A DNA stretch of 64,000 nucleotides from Vicugna vicugna (GCA_013265495.1 MU058423.1:8045627-8109626), one strand, 5' to 3'; positions 1 to 13,099 are shown, numbered from the stretch's first letter. Translations and numbers: made by a program. Notes: generated by a model not told the origin, from the letters alone.

Positions 1-663
1 TGGGAATGCAGTTTGGTGCAGCCACTATGGAAAACAGTGTGGAGATTCCTCAAAAGACTAAGAATAGACTTACCATATGACACAGGAATCCCACTCCTGG
101 GCTTGTATCCAGAAGGAAATCTACTTCAGGATGACACCTGCACTCCAATGTTCATAGCAGCACTATTTACAATAGCCAAAACATGGAAACAGCCTAAATG
201 TCCATCAATAGGTGACTGGATAAAGAAGAGGTGGTATATTTATACAATGGAATACTACTCAGCCATAAAAACCGACAACATAACGCCATTTGCAGCAACA
301 TGGATGCTCCTAGAGAATGTCATTCTAAGTGAAGTAAGCCAGAAAGAGAAAGAAAAATACCATATGAGATCGCTCATATGTGGAATCTAAAGACTCATGG
401 ACAGAGAATACAGACTTGTGGTTACCAGGGGGGTAGAGGGTGGGAAGGGATAGACTGGGATTTCAAAATTGTAGAATAGATAAACAAGATTACACTGTAT
501 AGCACAGGGAAATATACACAAAATGTTATGATAAATCACAGAGAAAAAAATATGACAATGAGTGTGTATATGTCCATGAATGACTGAAAAATTGTGCTGA
601 ACACTGGAATTTGACACACATTGTAAAATGATTATAAATCAATAAAAAATGTTAAAAAAAAAA
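1..663 (+). mobile_element. LINE-1 3' end (ORF2 C-terminus, 3'UTR, poly-A), young lineage-specific copy running off the window start
   Basis: Frame is open from 1 to 390 ([18 protein letters not shown]...YTMEYYSAIK...LICGI*), typical of the L1 ORF2p C-terminus. AATAAA at ~641 is followed by an A-tract. Confidence 0.95.
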
Positions 664-2009
664 GAATACTAGTAATGCTTTCTTGCTTAAGTGGGGTGGG
701 GAAGACATAAATGTTTGTTTTATTTTTCCTCTTTGTAATTGAAATACCTTAGTTTTTTTCATGACTTTTAAAGGAAAATAAAAGATAAGGAATATACATA
801 CCAAACTTATGATAGTCGCTGTTTCTTAGGAAAGCAGGAGGGAAAGAGAACTGGAGGTCACGATTTAAAGAGTCGTTAGTCCTAATGATTTGTTTATTTA
901 ACAGGAGGGGGAGAAAATATAACAAACAAGGAAATATACACAGGTATCAATAGGGAATATAGCTTTTCGCCATGTCATTCTTTGCAATTTTCTTTTTTTG
1001 AAACATTTTCAATATAAACTCTTGTATGCCCATCTTCTTTGTGCTGGAATTATAATGTCATTGATAAAGAGACAGATCGCTAGATAGACATATTTCTAGG
1101 CAGACAGATAGATATTAGAATAAGAATGTGAGGAGTAACAATAGAGATATTTGGTTTCATCCTCTGAGACACACTGGGAGCAGCAACATGATGCATCACA
1201 AAATACCACTTAACTCTTGGCCGAATAAGAGGATAGGGAAACACTTTCCGTTTACACCACATCTTTGTATTGTGTAGCATTTTAACACCACCTAAATTAC
1301 CATAGGATCTCTCTCTGACAACAAAAATAACAGAAGGTGAGCAGTGAAATACATTTTATTTTAGGGTAAGAAATAGTACTAAGACATTTGCTGGACATCA
1401 GTGACACTGATTCTAAGCATTCAAGGGCTATAAAAACATTTAAGGGCTACATCTACAATATAAACAGGCAAAATAGTGAAAGTACAATTGAAATCTGCAA
1501 AATTCTTAAAAATATTGCTTGAAATCACCAAGGGATAGTAGTCAGAAAGTGTGCTTTCAAAAGCTAAGGAAAGAAATTTGCACAATGGAAAGATAAAATC
1601 TTCAGCTAAACAGGAGCCTTGTATAACCAAGGAAGGGAAATGAAATTGACATGTCAGAGAACTTGGAGAGTGAAATATGGAAACTATCAAAACCAGTAGA
1701 AAGGAAAATGCATGAGAAGACAAGAAAATCCAAAGTGAAAACTGCGGAAAGATTCATTGAAAATGTCAGATACTTCAGGACGGCTACAGGAAAGTACATG
1801 CTGTTTCCCCAAGGAGAAATGACCACTCTGTATCAGCAGAAAATTGAGGATTTGTAAATACACATGCAGTTTCTAGAATGCCATTTAAACATCGTGCCAT
1901 CTTTTTCTTTGCTTCAGTATTTGGAGCCCAGCTAATTGACATTGAGAAGCCATTGCACCAGCCCTGAAGCACACTGGGTCTCAAGGATTAACACGAGCTA
2001 TAAACCCTG

Positions 2010-2105
2010 GCATGGCTGGGTCAGTGTCTGATTCATCATTTTTATCTCCCCAGCACTTATTACAGTCCTTCGTTCATAATAGGTTCTCAATAAATTTATG
2101 ATAAA
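2010..2105 (+). mobile_element. L2 3' fragment
   Basis: 'tctccccagcactta...taggttctcaataaattt' resembles the L2 3' terminus. Confidence 0.55.
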
Positions 2106-2324
2106 AAATAATATCAATCCTGCTAGAGAAAATAGGTCTTTTCTATCACCTTAATAATCAGATGTGCTTTAAGGTAAATTAAATATTTTCTGACAGTGAG
2201 ATAATAGGAAAAGCCAGATGAAGCACACTGCTGCACTTCGAGAGAGCTGCCTAGAGATGGCTGTCTCTAATATGGTATTGCAAATATTTGTTGTGCTCAG
2301 TAAATGAAAGCTTTATCATCAGAG

Positions 2325-2505
2325 AATCGGTGTGGAATGATAAGAGGAGCTCCACACTAACACAATCAGATAACCTCCTCTAGCTCTTAGGCTGTTTAGA
2401 CGTGAGATCATCAACCAACCACTTAACCTCTGTGACCCTCAATCTCTCCATCTAGAAGATGAGGCTGTTAAACTAGAAATTCCTAAGACCCCTTCAGCTC
2501 TTTCA
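2325..2505 (+). mobile_element. MIR/MIR3 SINE fragment
   Basis: MIR core-like 'cacttaacctctgtgaccctcaatctctccatctagaagatgagg' with an 'aagaccccttcagctct' tail. Confidence 0.7.
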
Positions 2506-5500
2506 AATAGTCTCTGATGTGAATCCCTGAAAGAAACTAAACATAACCTATATTCTTAGACTGCACTTTATTTAAAATAGCATTTCTTTCCAGATGTGGT
2601 TAAAACAAACAAGAAGACAAACAGGAAATATAGTTTCCTAGAACAGCCCAGCCCAGCCTGCCTAACTAGGTAGTGATGCACTGCGAACACCAGCAGAGCC
2701 ACGTGAACTTGGTGAAGGCAAAATTGCTCGCTCCCAAATTAGTGTAGTTGAAAAGACCCATGAGGAAGTAATGGAGTTCAGACATGCGGAACAGCATCGA
2801 GGCAGAGCTGACAGAGTAGCAGCACTGCCTTCTGACTGTCTCCCAAAAACAGACATGCAAGCTTGGCAGTGGAAGGAAGGCAGTGGAAATGAACAATCAG
2901 TGACCCCTGCCAGTGGATACCTGTCCCGCCCCCACTCCCATCCTCTGGAAAGCACAGCCTCAGTGGAGACCCCTGGCTTGAAACAATTGTCTCTGCTGCG
3001 ACAGGGTAATAGTTCCTTGTTCTTGTACAGTGTCCTACAGCCAGTTTCTCTTAACTTAAAAGATGCCAAAAAGAGCAAGCAAAATAGACAATGAAACCAA
3101 TATGGTGTTAACTGAAATGAACGTGAAAAAGCAGAAAGAATTGTGTAGCCCTTGCAACTTGGAGGTGCACATTCATTCAACGTCTCTGCATCCACAGAAA
3201 TTTATAGCTTTCCATGGATTTCAACATTTCAAATTGCCTTTGTTAAATCATAAACAGCTCCATGATATAAGAATTATATATAACATGAACCATTAGTATA
3301 AAGCATTGGGGCTTCTATTTTATTCTTTCTAACAGTGCATGGATTACAAATCCCAAATGAAGAAAAATCCTCTATGATTCCTTGGCACAGAATCACACCA
3401 CACAAAAGGAATCTTCTGGAATAAATAATCCATTTCTGTGGAACTCAAAGTTCTGTACTGCAAATGAAGACTCTCTAGAGTCCAGACTTTATTTTTTAAC
3501 TTTGATCATTAACTTTTTCTCTTACATGTCTGATTAGGCTTAATGAGGTAGCTAAGTTAATGAAGTGTGATGTCCCATTAAATACATCAAGTGACAACAA
3601 TTAATTCCTCAGAGCATGTTCTCTGTTGATTGATTATATTTATCAGTGTAGTAGCAGTTAAGTGATGTAAATCTCTTAGCAAAAAATAGGAGTTGCAAAC
3701 TCTGAGAGTTTAATTCAAAGAAAATGATTATTTTCTATATGTGAACGTTGTTCATCTGTTCAGTGAATGAGCCTGTTGACCTGTCAACAAAATGAAAACT
3801 TCACAAAAACAAGAGAAGTACTCTATATAATCAGGGGACTTCTAGCTAAGGCTTTCAATGATGGAGGACAAGTTTTTCACTGTGTAGAGTACTTCTCTGA
3901 AGTTGCATGAGATCTAAGTAGTACATCATTGTGCTCATCTAGATAAGAAGGAGTGTGAAGTTTAGAGGTTTAGAAAGAAAGCCCAGAGATGGAGAGAAAA
4001 ATGTAAGTACCTTTGAATTTAGGGAAATCCCCAAATCCCTTTATTCATTTTTGGTAATAGCTCAAGTTTCCCCAAAGCACCTGTCACAGGAAGCCTGCAA
4101 ACTTTCTCACAAATCACCTCAGCAGTAATGGGCCGTCATAGAATTCTCAAGTGATCTGGATAGAAGTAATACAGGGTTTCCCAGGAGATTACAATCCAGT
4201 TAAAGCACTTCTGTGAGTGAAATTAACCAATGTGGGGAGATCCTGGTTGGAAAAGACTAAACAACTGTTTAAACGTAAATTGTTCGATAATAAGCAATAT
4301 GCAAATGACAAAAGAACTCAAAGTTAACATTTGTAAAATACATCTATTAGTTAGAAGAGTCTGAATAATCCAGATTATTGGAGGGGGGTGGATGGCATCA
4401 GATGTGGAGAGAAAGCAGTGAATAGACACAAGCATCCACGTATGGATGATAGTGAGAGCACTGTCTCGCGTTTCCTCCACACTTCACAGCAGGTCCCCCA
4501 TGTTGGCACATACGGGAATACGGAAGAGCATTTACCCATATACTCATCGAAAGAACATAGCAGCACAGAGCCTAGTTTGTCCCTGGGACGTGCACTGCAG
4601 GGTCTTTCTGATCACAAAGTAACCCTTCTTGGTTCTTATATATTATTAAACAGCTGAGAGTCCCTAATAAAAAAAAATTATGTATTCAGTTAAATAGGTG
4701 TTTAATATTTGCAGGTTAGTCAAAGCGGCACCCTTGAATCTTGTTCATTTAACCAGTCAGTGAATGTAAGTAGCATTTGTGAACTACAGTTGGCTGTTGT
4801 TGATGGTACATTTTTGGTTGTTTGTTTTTATGGTGCCTAAACCAGAACATAAAGCAAATGATCGATGACGGTCATTTTATATATTCAAGTAAAATATTCA
4901 ACAAGCACATTAATTGAATCAAGTCCTCCACATCCTATCCATAACCTTGAAGTTAGTATAAAAGGTTTTCACAATTACCCAAGTGAAAAATAAATTCACA
5001 GAGGTCAAAAGTGCTCCTTGCCTCTTCTACATTCACATGAGGTACAATTGTTGAATCCTGACAGTAGACGAAAGCAAAATCTTCCCAACTGATGTGAGAA
5101 TCACCAGCTAGCCCAGTCACTGAAATTAATAGGCACCTGCTCATCTCAGGGCCCTGACCTGCTTAGTGGATTCTTCCTTTGTTATCCAAGATGCCTCCCA
5201 TTGCAGTCTGGCTCCGGCTGCACTGGCAATTTCTGTGATGCCACAGCAGAACATTGGGCTGGTGTGTGGTGGATGAGAAAAGCATGGAACCCCAGTTATA
5301 CCTATAATTTCTCCCCTTTGTTTCTTTCCCTCCTTACTCCCAAGGATTAGATCCATCTGCTGGTGTCTTCTGTCAATACTCCCCATTTCAGAAAAGCAGA
5401 CAGAAGCTGACTAAATACCGGTTTAAGCTTAAAGCATTTTCAGAGACTTTTTATGAAATAATGATTTCCTGGTTGCCAAATAAAACTGCCCAATAAAAAA

Positions 5501-5683
5501 AGTAAGGAGCATAAATCCTTTATCTGTGTAGTATGGGCATTCATTATTGCACAATTCTTGCTGTCATTTAACTATTCAATTTAAATGATAGTATCAGATT
5601 TTGAATATTTAAACAAAAAACCAGCAAGTGAAATGTCAAATTAATTCTTATAACTGGGTCCATGTTACTACTGTCTGTCCAGT

Positions 5684-5882
5684 CCAGTGTCTCCCAGAGT
5701 GTTGACTAAAGGCCATCTTAAACATAAGAATCACCTCACTTGAGGGTAAGGAGTAGAGCGTCAGAAACACAGACTCCTGAGCTGCCACCTACTGAACCAG
5801 AATGTTTTGGAGAGGACCAAGGAACCTGCACTGTTAATAAACACCCTAGTGATTCTCATGCACTAAAGTCTGAGACTTATTG
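5684..5882. mobile_element. MER5-like hAT-Charlie non-autonomous DNA transposon
   Basis: 'cagtgtctccc...agaatcacct...cagactcctgag...cctactgaaccagaat...gtgattctcatgcactaaagtctgaga' fits the MER5 pattern. Confidence 0.7.
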
Positions 5883-6296
5883 TCAAGTCAATGAACCTTT
5901 AATCCCACTCTTAAAAAAAAAAAAAGCTGTGTATGAACCATCACCACAAATCAGGGAACTAATGACAAGAACATTTCATAAAATTACAAATGCACCAAAG
6001 AGGTTAATTGAATGAAATATGCTGAACTACTACTATTCCACAGTGCACCTTGTATTTACCCTCAAGTATAGCACTCACCACAGTGTTTTGCACCATCATC
6101 TATTTGATGTATCAACTTCCCCCACTTGGTAATAGGCCATTAGAGAGCAGCATTAGCATCTTACTTTATTTTCCTAGTACCAAAAGCAGTGTTAATTATA
6201 CCCACTGAAATGAAGGAATGAAAGGATAAATATTGTGTCTCTTAAGTAAACTTACTTAGAGAAACTCAACTTAAAAGTTGCTGGAGAGCAACACAT

Positions 6297-6480
6297 TATA
6301 TTTCATTCCATCTAAGATGCCATTGATAATAAGACACACCATTACTTTATATACTATATACTACTAAGAAAAAAAAAACTGGAAAATAAATATGACATTT
6401 CCATTGATTGTAAGATGCAACCCAATTTCAAGGATGATAAAAATGTGAAAAAGTGTGTATCTAAGTATTAAGACCATAGG
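6297..6480 (-). mobile_element. MER104-like (TcMar-Tc2) MITE
   Basis: 'tatttcattccatctaagatgccattgat...cattgattgtaagatgcaacccaatttc...aaaatgtgaaaaagtgtgtatctaag' matches my recollection of the MER104 consensus, reversed. Confidence 0.65.
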
Positions 6481-7794
6481 GAATTTATTATATGGTAACC
6501 TGGTAGCCAGAAAGAGTAAATACACCAACAATGAACACGGGTTTCTTGATTACGTTGTTCATTTATTCCTGACTCACCACATTACTGTGTAAAGCAAGTA
6601 GGGTCATACTTCACTTCAGGAACCACAGTCTGAGAAATTCTACAGAAAGATGATTTTCCCACTGAACACTGTCCAAAGCACATGCAACTCACTGTAAGAT
6701 GCAAGTCTCAATAGACCTTGATTAACTGATGATCCCAGTAGGTTTCTTGTCTCACCATCTAGAATGTATTTGTTTAGGCCACAGAGCTCTGCAATATGAG
6801 CCTTAAATTGTATTCAGTGTTTAAATGGGAGTAATAAAAATAAGTGGGTGGGCCAGGGATTGAAGCCATCTATTTAAATGAATTTTAAACCTAATTAGGT
6901 GACTAATTGTGCATCAGAACTTAGTTGGTGTACAACATGTCATATCTGGTTAATGATGATTTATTCTAAAATTCTTCATCCAGATTGCTTTGTTTTCCAT
7001 TTTCGATGAGTCAAATCACTAAAAGACGGCTTTAATTTTGAGCATGTTCTCCTTTTTCATCATCCTCTGTCTACTATAAATTTGCAGAAATTTAGAGACA
7101 TCATAGAATAGAACTTAATGTTACAAAATGAAAAGTAGGAAAATTTGCTATTGAAAGCTCTCCCTAGAGCTTTACATGAGGTATAGAATTGAAGCAATAA
7201 ATTGTGGGCCATATTTGCCAAACACAAAATACCACACTGATAATTATCAATATTTCAAATCAAAAGGAGAACTGTATGGGTAAAACTTCTAGCAAGACTA
7301 CCTAGCATGGTGTAAATAAACTCCTAATTTCCCTAAATGAATTTTTGGGGCCCATGGGGGCAAAGATAATAAAAAATTAAACTAAACCAACTCAACTAGT
7401 CCAACAAAGAGATGGATTTATGGTATCAAAGAAATAAAAAGTCGATAATTAATCTTTTGAAAAGTTCACACAAATCAGATCTGGCAGATAGAGCTTAGGA
7501 TCTTGGTCTTCTCCTTGACCTTCCTTCATAAAATACTCAACTTCCTGGGATGCAGTAGGTAGCAGGGGGATCGGAGAGGAGATGTGTGACATGTGATGCT
7601 GAGAGGATCGCGACCTTGGAGATGAAGGCCAGACTCTGTACATTCAGGAAATGAAGGAAAAAATGTCGGGGTCTCCTCTCCCTCTTATTCTCCACTATGA
7701 TCTCTTCACTTTTTCACTGGACCTTGTACCAAGCTCTTTTCTCTTCTTTACCAGCCTGTCTGCCATCCCCAACCAGTATTCTGCATTCACGAAA

Positions 7795-8015
7795 GCAGTG
7801 TGTAAGTTTAATGTTAACCTTAAGCAGAAGACTGGAAACTGCATTTCTATTCCAGCCTCACCCCATTCTGTGGCCTTAGGCAAACTCAATCCTTCTCCGT
7901 GCCCCACCTTTCTGATCTGTCCAATGACGATAATACCTATTTCACAGTGTTATTATAAACATTAAAGAGGATAATGTTTGATACCTAGCTTTAAGTCTAG
8001 CACATGCATGGAACC
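7795..8015 (+). mobile_element. MIR SINE
   Basis: 'ctgtggccttaggcaaactc...tttctgatctgtccaatg...ataatacctatttcacagtgttattataaacattaaagaggataatg'. Confidence 0.75.
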
Positions 8016-8017
8016 TC

Positions 8018-9150
8018 ATCCAATAGATATTTATTAAAAGCCTACTCTGTGGCACTTGAACTGGGTTGATATGTAGGTGAACTAAAGATGGAACAGTGAG
8101 CCAGACAGATTTAGTAACCCTTTCAGAGCCTGAGGTCTAGAGATGGGACTGAGAAATAAACAACCATAATAAATCACACTAGTGCTCTAAAAATGGAATT
8201 ACAGGGAGCTTTGTGAAGCACCTGTATGGGTCTCGCAGGAGGCAGAAAAAATTATTAAAGATATGTAAGAATTAGGCCATCAAAGGGAGCAGCGGTTGTT
8301 CTAGGCAGAGGAAGCAGTTGAGCAAAGGCAGTATTTATTTCAGGAAGTGAAAGAAGTTGTGTTTATATGGGATTGGCAGCTTCAATACATTGTATGTAAG
8401 AAGAAAGGGCCCCGGGGGAGGGTATATAGCTGACTGGTAGAGTGCATGCCTAGCCTGCCCGAGGTCCTGGGTTCTGGGTTATTTAGTAAACAAACAAACC
8501 TAATTACCTCCCCCCAACACAAATAAATAAATAAATAAATAGATAGATAATTTTTTTTTTAAAAGAAGAAAAGGCCCAAATACAAAATAAAGAGCTCTTA
8601 AGGAAGTTGGGCTTTGTTGTAGAGTGATAGAAACAAATAAAATACCTTTGAATCAAAGAGGGGCATGGTCAGAATTGAATTCTAGAATGATCGTTTTGCT
8701 TTAGTTGGAAAAATGGATTGCAACGGAGCAAGACAGAAGGGAAGGATTCCTGCTGGAAGAGTTGTCATTCCAGAAAGGAGTGGCCTGGGGTAGGGACAAC
8801 TGGGGACAGATGAAGGTAGATATGTGAAAATGACCAGGGATAAAAATAAATATATTGTTGGTAATTTATTTGGATTTGCGTGGAAGAGGGTGGTGGGGAG
8901 AGAGGTAGGGTCGGGGCAGAAAGGAGTAAAGAAACTGAGAAGGCCAGGAGTCAGGCTTCAACAGCTGCGTGAATGCTAGCGCCTTTCTCTGGGAACCCGG
9001 TGAAGGGGAGGAGGAAGAGCTCTACATGGGATGTTCTTCGGCTGCTACTTAAGAGGTGAGTCAGCAGATGAGTTCACCATGAAGAAATGGCCAACTGGCA
9101 ACTGGCTGGCAGTTATATATGTGGGTATAGCATTTAGGAGACAGTTATAG
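8018..9150 (-). mobile_element. L2 LINE fragment, interrupted by a tRNA-SINE
   Basis: Starts 'atatttattaaaagcctactctgtggcac' and continues as purine-rich antisense L2 body. Confidence 0.7.
8414..8562 (+). mobile_element. tRNA-Ala-derived SINE (camelid Vic-1-like) with target-site duplication
   Basis: Head 'ggggagggtatatagctgactggtagagtgcatgcctagcctgcccgaggtcctgggttc' is tRNA-Ala(AGC)-like, followed by an (AAAT)n tail. TSD aagaagaaagggccc (8398-8412) / aagaagaaaaggccc (8563-8577). Confidence 0.85.
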
Positions 9151-10651
9151 GATGTGTCAACATTATTTTTTAAATCTGTTTTATTTATTAACTCATTCTG
9201 GATTTTTTTTGCCTAAGATGACCTTTTGAACCTGACAGAACTCTTTTACTTTCTCAGGTGTGGGAGGGGGTCAAAAATGGCAAAATGCTGCCGTAACGGC
9301 AGTAAGGAGAGCCTCTAAGTGTTCACCAGCTCTGTTCCCAAGACACCTATACTTTTTCTGAAAAATGATTTTCCTGACCTCACTATGCAAAGACAGCAAA
9401 CTACACTTGTTGTATAAAAAAATTGATTTCGCTCATTGTGCACTATATACATCGGCCATTTTCTCAAGACATTTCCCCACGTCAGTAAATCTGAAAAGGC
9501 TGCCACAGCAGATTACCTCGGCTAGCACGTAGCAGACGTTCATCAAATGTGGTCTGAGGGGCAGAAATGAGAAGGGGGGCCTTTCTAAGAAAGCAAGGCG
9601 GGTTCTCCAAATTCTATCAGGGAAAGAGGTTTGCAGCACAGCAGGCCTGATGGAATACTCTGCAAAGAGCTCTTGCACAAATGGAACAAAACGTAAGAGA
9701 GTGTGTGCTGATTAGTGCACAACTGCAGGCAGAACTGGAGGTCTCCTTACTCATTTCCTACTCTGGAAAGCTCTGCTGGGTGCTCTGTAACCATGAACAA
9801 TTTCTTTGCCAACTGCATCAGAGGCTTTAGAAAAATATTTTTCATAAACATCTTGGTAACAGATTTCCCCCTGATGTTTGCCATATCCTTTTGGGCTTAA
9901 TCAATGCTTTACTTCTGAAATTCATTTTCTGAGTTTCGGTCCATGAGCAGCACTGAAATTTAAAACCAGCCTGTAACTCCCTTATGAGAAAATGATGATG
10001 CTAGGTTTTAGACGCTTATTAATGAATCAGAACAAAAAATACTCCAAATCCAGAATCTTTCCATCTGTCTTCCCATTTACGTCTGAATCTGGACTTTGCT
10101 GCATTCTTTATGACGTTTCTGCCATCCACCTTGGAAATCATTTCTTTGTACAAATCAAGGGTGCAAAGCTCACTGGCCATATCTGAAGTCTATTTATGTA
10201 CAATAAGTAAGGATTATCCTTTCTCTGAAAAATACAACTTTATCTTTTCTCTACCTCCTCTACCTTAAAATATACTTTTGCTGGACAATTTCCAACAAAA
10301 AATATAGGTTAGAATGTGTAGAAAATTACTAAGTAGTCTTCTTTACACCAGTAAAACTCTAAATTGCACTTTGCTCACAGTGTGTCTTCGTAAGAACTTA
10401 ATGTCCCACTTTCTTCAGAATACAGCTATATGGGTCACTAGAAAATTGCATAATTTCAACTCATACTGAGTGTAGAGAATAGGAATTTAAAAATATAATA
10501 ATAATGATACTTTAGCCACAATAATAATAATAATAATGGCTACCAGTTATTGAGAATATCCTGTAAAGTAGAATTTTGTCAAGTTCTTTGCTAGGAGGTT
10601 AACATAATTTAAAAAAATTTTAACTCCATAAAAATGCAGAGAGATAGATAT

Positions 10652-11152
10652 TTGTTTTAATCAAATGTCCTTTTTACCCCATTGCTGCGGAAAGGTTAGC
10701 CCTTCCCAGGGTTCTAGGGCTGGCGGAGCACATGACACACGCGACACCTGAGAGATGAGATTGAGCATCAGTCACAAACACTCACAGCCGAGGGAGGAAG
10801 ATACCACACACCCTACGGGGCCACACGGGGGGCCGCACTCAGGAACAAAGTGAACCAGGGGCTCTGAGAGACAGGCTTCGTCGAATCAAGAGGCTGAGGC
10901 GCCTGGTTCCAATGGGAGGGTGTGATTAACTTCTCTGAATAATCCTGTGGGCTGGCGGGGAACTAAGTCCACAGGGTCCCCAGAAACGGCACTTGGCCCG
11001 TTCGGTAAGGAAGCAGGCAGGGCTAGGAGACCTTACCCATGAGAGCAGAGGGGAAACTGGGCCTGGGGTACTTGAGGCCCCGCCAATTTCATCAGGTGTC
11101 AAGGCAGCACTTACTTTAAACCCTAACTTTAGACCTTATACCACCTTATACT
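10652..11152 (-). mobile_element. ERVL-type solo LTR (MER54/MER74 group-like) inserted into an antisense MIR
   Basis: GC-richer 500-bp block; the minus strand reads 'tataaggtctaaagttaggg...gtgctgccttgacacctgatgaaa'. MIR halves flank it at ~10520-10651 and ~11157-11260. Confidence 0.65.
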
Positions 11153-11430
11153 GTAATGTTTTCTCCACATAATCAGATGTAGACCCCGAAACGCAGAGAG
11201 GATTGATAATATCCTGGGGTGACACAGGTGGCAAATGGCACAGCCAGGATGTTCGCTTAGTTTCCTTGGTTTCCAAAGATTAATTTTTTTTTGTCTTAAG
11301 TCAATATTTTGTGCTGTATTTTCAAGCTTAATCTATCTTCTTTTTGGGATATAACAGAAAATTCTGTTTAAAATCTAATCACATTGACTTTACCTTAATA
11401 AAGATAAATACCTAAATCCTGCTTAGAAAT

Positions 11431-11900
11431 TGTGGCAGGCAGAATAATGGCCCCCTAAAGATATCTATGTCCTAACTTCTGGAACCTGTGAATATGTGAC
11501 CCTTCATGACAAAGGGACTTTGAAGGTGTGATTAAGTTAAGGATCTAGAGATGGCAGATTATCCTGGAGTATCCAGACGGGCCCAGTGTAATCACATAAA
11601 AGTCCTTATAAATGAAAGAGGATGGAAAGAGAGTTACAGAAGCAGAGGTGAGAGCCGTGCAGTTTCTGGCTTGGGACCTTGAACTGAGGAATTTGGGGGG
11701 CTTCTAGTAGCTGGAAAAGGCGAAGCAGCAGATTCTTCCTGAGCCTCCAGAAGAAACCAGCCCTGCCAGCACCTTGACTTTAGCCTGTGAGACCCATTTC
11801 AGAGTTTTGACCTCCAGAACTGCAGGATAATACACTCATATTGTTCCTAAACCACTCCGTTTGTGATAATTTGTTACAGCAGCTGGGGGAAACGAATACA
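11431..11900 (+). mobile_element. MaLR solo LTR (MLT1D-like)
   Basis: 'tgtggcaggcagaataatggccccc...tttgttacagcagc...aataca'; TG...CA ends; 5-bp TSD gaaat/gcaat. Confidence 0.9.
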
Positions 11901-12379
11901 GCAATGGTAAACATCCACACTTGCTTCAAATTTCGCTTTTACTCTCTTCCCACACTTCCGGTTTCTTCCTAGGAGATCCTGACGGTCACGAACGCTGGCC
12001 TCTGCTCCCGTGGTCTCTCGTAGATGCTTTCATTGTCCACGTCTATTCAGCTTCTCCAAATTCTGTCCTATGTCCAGCATCCGATTCCACATTACTACTC
12101 CCCCAGTTCACCTCTTATTTCTTCCCATTCCCATTTTATTTCTGCCCTCTGCTTCCTTTAATGTGCACCTCAGGCCCTTCTGCCTTCAGCTTCTGTGTCA
12201 CTGACTCCTTCATGCTCCACGCTTCTGTCCCTTTCTGGGCTGCTCCTCCCTCTCTGACCTGCTAACACTGTTATTCAACTCGGGACTTGGCTTCAGTGTA
12301 TTTTCTTATATAGTCAGTACCTCTTGTTATAAAATCATGTCACAGTTTTGTAGAGTTGTATTTTACTGAATGCTTTTCC

Positions 12380-12525
12380 ATTAAAGCCTTTCTTTCCCAC
12401 TGGGCACAATCCTTATTCAAGGATGGTCCATGTCTTGTTTATAACTGTATCTTCAAAACTAAGCAAACTATCTGGTACACAGTGTATGTTCAATAAATCA
12501 TTGTTGAATGAAGGAACGAATAAAC
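12380..12525 (+). mobile_element. L2 3' end
   Basis: 'tctggtacacagtgtatgttcaataaatcattgttgaatgaaggaacgaat'. Confidence 0.7.
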
Positions 12526-12921
12526 ACAAAGTCTCACTGGTAATTTCTATAACTCAGAAAACAATACAACCATCCTTTATTCTAATACTGAAAGAAAAAT
12601 TTTCCCAAAAATCAGAATCAAGAGGACACAGAATACTATAATCAACAACATTGGTGTAATATATGGAACATATATATCTGCATTCAAGATATAGTCAACA
12701 TTTATGTGTGTTCATACACAAACATGCACACACATACACATGCACACACACGTGTACACACACACAATTCCACAGAGCCATTCTTTATGATGTTTCACTA
12801 TAAAGGCTACAATTTCAAACTAAAACACCATTGAGTGCTATCATTTCTACAGCTGGGCCAATAAAATATGGTAGAATTTATATCCATTACAGGCCTTACT
12901 GAATCCAAGATTTATTTCTAT

Positions 12922-13099
12922 CAGGGCCAGCTTCATGGATACACAGCCTGAGGGGTGGCACAGGGCCCCACGCTCCGGAAGAACTGACACTCAGTTTAAT
13001 GCTCTACTTTTACTGTCTTGAAATTCTTAGTAATTATTGAACAAGGAGTCTCATGTTTTCATTGTGCATTGGAAGCCACAAATGATAGAGCCAGTCCTG
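12922..13099 (+). mobile_element. MER45A-like hAT-Tip100 MITE
   Basis: 178 bp, 'cagggccagcttcatgg...gtcttgaaattcttag...agccagtcctg', with imperfect TIRs cagggccagct/agccagtcctg. Confidence 0.85.

Noticed and set aside
2662..3195. Overlapping ORFs of 177 aa (-) and 107-142 aa (+)
   Set aside because: No recognisable protein similarity and no convincing flanking splice sites; within chance expectation.
8414..8476. tRNA-Ala-like sequence
   Set aside because: It is a SINE head: T-arm and acceptor 3' half missing, with AT-rich tail and TSD present.
9992..10086. ATGATGA...CTGA, C/D-box snoRNA-like spacing
   Set aside because: No convincing terminal stem, C'/D' boxes or recognisable rRNA guide.
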